Shown here: piece after piece, positions 53,980-64,000 of the stretch
Layout: each line of letters starts with the position of its first letter
Position numbering within the stretch: position 1 is the first letter of the stretch
Assembly: GCF_009914755.1 (NCBI RefSeq)
Contig: NC_060930.1
Strand: one strand, 5' to 3'
DNA length: 64,000 nt
Source of the DNA: the human T2T-CHM13v2.0 reference genome, Homo sapiens
Notes under the pieces: model-generated
The model's database searches: none
Told to the model about the DNA's origin: nothing
Seen by the model: the letters and a program-made list of their open reading frames with translations, nothing else
Translations under genes and position numbers: made by a program

Positions 53980-54989
53980 ACATTGCTTTTAAGTAGTCGA
54001 ATTTAAGGCATCAGTATATGTGAGTGATTATTATTAATGCTAGGAAATCATAGATGGTACTAACAAATTGTGTATACCTGTGATGTTATTTCAAGTGCAT
54101 TTGAAGAGATTTTATTTGATCTCAACCTTTATCTGTATAGACACACACATATTTATATATTTATAAATAATGTTGAACATATATATTTTGAAAAAAATAT
54201 ATATATAATATGAATTCAGACCACCAATTATGTAGGAGAGCAGGCATCAAACAACAGAAATACCCACAAAATAAACTCTGTGTCTACCCTGAAGAACCTC
54301 GTCTTTACAATAGGGAGTCACTAAAACCCTTAAAACAGGTTAATGAGTACAGTAATATAATTATATGTAAGGTACAAGATAGCATAGACAGGGGAGATAC
54401 TTTTTTTGTCTGGAGAGAGCAGGGATGGTTTCACAGAAAATTTGAAGCAGGGTTTGAAGAATCAGTACACATCTGGATTATGGTATAAGAAACACACCAG
54501 ATGGGAAAAAACCTGTGCAGTTATGTTAATTAGCATGGCATGTTTTGGTGAACTGTCAGGAATTTAAAGTTGCTTGCATGTAAATAACGATAAGAGTAGA
54601 GGGAAGGCTGGAGAAGGACGAAGGGGCCACACAGTGAAAGGCTTTCTGGGCAAAACTGAGGAACATGGAGAACTCTGTCCTGTAAGGTATGGGTAGCCTG
54701 TGGGAGATTTTAAGGAGAGAATTTCTGTTATCAAAGTAGTATTTTAGAAGGGTGACTCTCTGATTGGTCTAGAGTGTGGCCTAGAGGAGAACAGAACCAG
54801 AAGGCAGTAATCAGCTAGGTGAGATAATTGTGGTAATCAGTTCAAGAGATCATAATGATGTGGATTAAAGTAGTGGAAGGGACTAGGGAAGGACAGATTC
54901 AGATACATATGTTATGACAGTTAATTTTATATGTCCACTTGATGGGTCATGAAGTATCCAGATGTTTGATCCAACATCATTCTGTGTGT

Positions 54990-59643
<4,654 letters not shown>

Positions 59644-60013
59644 CATTCTGTGTGTCTTTAAATGTGTTTTCAGATAAGATTATTTGAACTGGTAGGCTGA
59701 GTAAAGCAGATTACCTCCGAAATGTAGGTTGGCCTCATCCAATAAGTGGAAGCCCTGAGTTGAAACAAAAAAGTTAACCCTTCCTTAAGTAAGGGGGGAC
59801 TCCTCTTGCTCGAATGCCTTGAGCTGGGACATGGCATTTATCCTGCTTTCACACTCAAACTGCAACATCAGCTCTTGGGTCTTAAGTCTGCCAGTTTTTG
59901 GACTACAACTTACAGTATCCTGGGTCTCCAGCTTGCTGACTGCAGATCTTGGTACTTCTCAGCCTCCATGCTTGCTTCAGCCAATTGCTTAAGTCAGTTT
60001 CTTAAAATATATG

Positions 60014-60015
<2 letters not shown>

Positions 60016-60047
<32 letters not shown>
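60016..60047. repeat. (TG)n microsatellite, about 15 units
   Basis: Seen directly. Confidence 0.95.
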
Positions 60048-60050
<3 letters not shown>

Positions 60051-60361
60051 AATATGTACATATATTTCGGTTTCTCTGAAAAACCCTAATAAAGGTGTCA
60101 AAGTTAGAATCAGGATAACATAGTGCTTTCACTGTATGTGGAGGGTAAAAGAGAGAAAGGAGCCAAGGATGGTTTTTTACTCTGGCCCTAGTGACAGGAG
60201 GGATAGCCACAATATTAGCTGAAATGGACAACACGTAGGGCAAACATAAATTGTGTATTTTTATGTGCGATGCATGAAGATGATTTGTTCAGTTCTATAA
60301 AGTTTATGAGCTTGTAGAGAGTTCAGGAAAAAATTACCCTTTTGACATTTGGTTCTATGAG

Positions 60362-62208
<1,847 letters not shown>

Positions 62209-64000
62209 CCCAGTAGGGGCCGACAGACATGTCATACAGGAGAGCTCTGGCTAGCATCTGGCAGATGCCCCTCTGGGATGAAGCTTCCAGAGAAAGGAAC
62301 AGGCAGCAATCTTTGCTGTTCTCCAGCCTCTGCCGGTGATACCCAGGAAAACAGGGTCTGGAGTGGACCTCCAGCAAACTCCCACAGACCTGCAGCAGAG
62401 GGGCCTGTTAGAAGGAAAACTAACAAACAGAAAGGAATAGTATCAACATCAAATAAAAAGATGCCCACTCAGAGACCCCAGCAGAAGGTCAGTGACTTCA
62501 AAGACCAAAGGTAGATAAATCCATAAAGATGGGGAGAAACCAGTGCAAAAAAGCTGAAGATTCCAAAACCCAGAACACCTCTTCTCCTCCAAAGGATCAC
62601 AACTCCTCAACAGCAAGAGAAGAAAACTGAACAGAGAATGGGTTTGATGAATTGACAGAAGTAGGCTTCAGAAGGTGGGTAATAAACTCCTCCAAGCTAA
62701 AGGAGCATGTTCTAACCCTATGCAAGGAAGCTGAGAACCTTGATAAAAGGTTAGATGCATTGCTTACTAGAACAGCCAGTTTAGAGAAGAACATAAATGA
62801 CCTGATGGAGCTGAAAAACACAGCATGAGAACTTCGTGAAGCCTACACAAGTATCAATAGCTGAATCGATCAAGTGGAAGAAAGGATATCAGAGATTGAA
62901 GATCAACTCAATGAAATAAAGTGAGAAAACAAGATTAGAGAAAAAAGAATGAAAAGAAACAAACAAAGCCTCCAAGAAATATGGGACTGTGTGAAAAGAA
63001 CAAATCTATGCTTGATTGGTGTACCTGAAAGAGACTGGGAGAATGGAACCAAGTTGGAAAACAATCTTCAGGCTATTAGCCAGGAGAACTTCCCCAAACT
63101 AGCAAGGCAGGCCAACATTCAAATTCAGGAAATACAGAGAACACCACAAAGATACTCCTGAAGAAGAGCAACCCCAAGACACATAATGATCAGATTCACC
63201 AAGGTTGAAATGAGGGAAAAAATGTTAAGGGCAGCCTGAGAGATAGGTTGGGTTACCCACAAACAGAAGCCCACCAGACTAACAGCAGATCTCTCTGCAG
63301 AAATCCTACAAGCCAGAAGAGAGTGGGGGCCAATATTCAACATTCTTAAAGAAAAGAGTTTTCAACCCAGAATTTCATATCCAGCCACACTGAGCTTCAT
63401 AAGCGAAGGAGAAATAAAATTCTTTACAGACAAGCAAATGCTGAGAGATTTTTGTCATCACCAAGCCTGCCTTATGAGAGCTCCTGAATGAAGCGCTAAA
63501 CATGGAAAGGAACAACCGGTACCAGTCACTGCAAAAACATACCAAATTGTAAAGACTATCAATGCTGTGAAGAAACTGCATCAACTAACGGGCAAAAGAA
63601 ACAGCTAGCATCATAGTGGCAGGATCAAATTCACACATAACAATAGTAACCTTAAATGTAAAAGGGCTAAATGCCCCAGTTAAATGACACAGACTGGCAA
63701 ACTGGATAAAGAGTCAAGACGCATTGGTGTGTTGTATTCAGGAGACCCATCCCACATGCAAAGACACACATAGGCTCAAAATAAAGGGATGGAGGAATAT
63801 TTACCACGCAAATGGAAACCAAAGAAAGCAGGTATTGCAATCCTAGTCTCTGATAAAACAGACTTTAAACCAACAAAGATCAAAAGAGACAAAGAAGGCC
63901 ATTACATAATGGTAAAGGGATCAATACAACAAGAAGAGCTAATTATCCTAAATATATATGCAGCCAGTACAGGAGCACCCAGAGTCATAAAGCAAGTTCT
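62209..64000 (+). mobile_element. L1PA7-like LINE-1 (partial 5'UTR, degenerate ORF1, start of ORF2), continuing beyond the window
   Basis: 'cccagtaggggccgacagaca...catacaggagagctc', ORF1 start 'aagatggggagaaaccagtgc', multiple stops. Confidence 0.85.

Overview
Human genomic DNA, AT-rich and dominated by repeats. It is recognisable as the MEI4 locus (chr6q14.1): the first coding exon (4030-4275, + strand) is followed by a very large intron that runs past the end of the window. The intron holds a full-length type-2 HERV-K(HML-2) provirus on the minus strand (30317-39741; ERVK-9/K109-like). The provirus has a GCATAT TSD and 960-bp LTRs that differ at one visible base. Its gag, pro, env and rec are open, while pol is broken by 5-bp and 26-bp deletions. 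The intron also holds three young L1PA2-4 elements (two full-length, one 5'-inverted), older L1s, Alus (one AluYa5), MaLR/ERV1/ERVL LTRs and DNA-transposon MITEs (MER85, MER5A, MER53). The strongest unexplained signal is that the three young L1s, which are independent insertions with their own TSDs and different subfamily-diagnostic UTRs, share many non-consensus variants. These include a frameshift and a lost start codon, in a mosaic that fits no tree, which suggests repeated local non-allelic gene conversion. One L1 also carries a 3'-transduced MER53 fragment. Repeat subfamily calls and consensus states come from recalled consensus sequences and were not computed.
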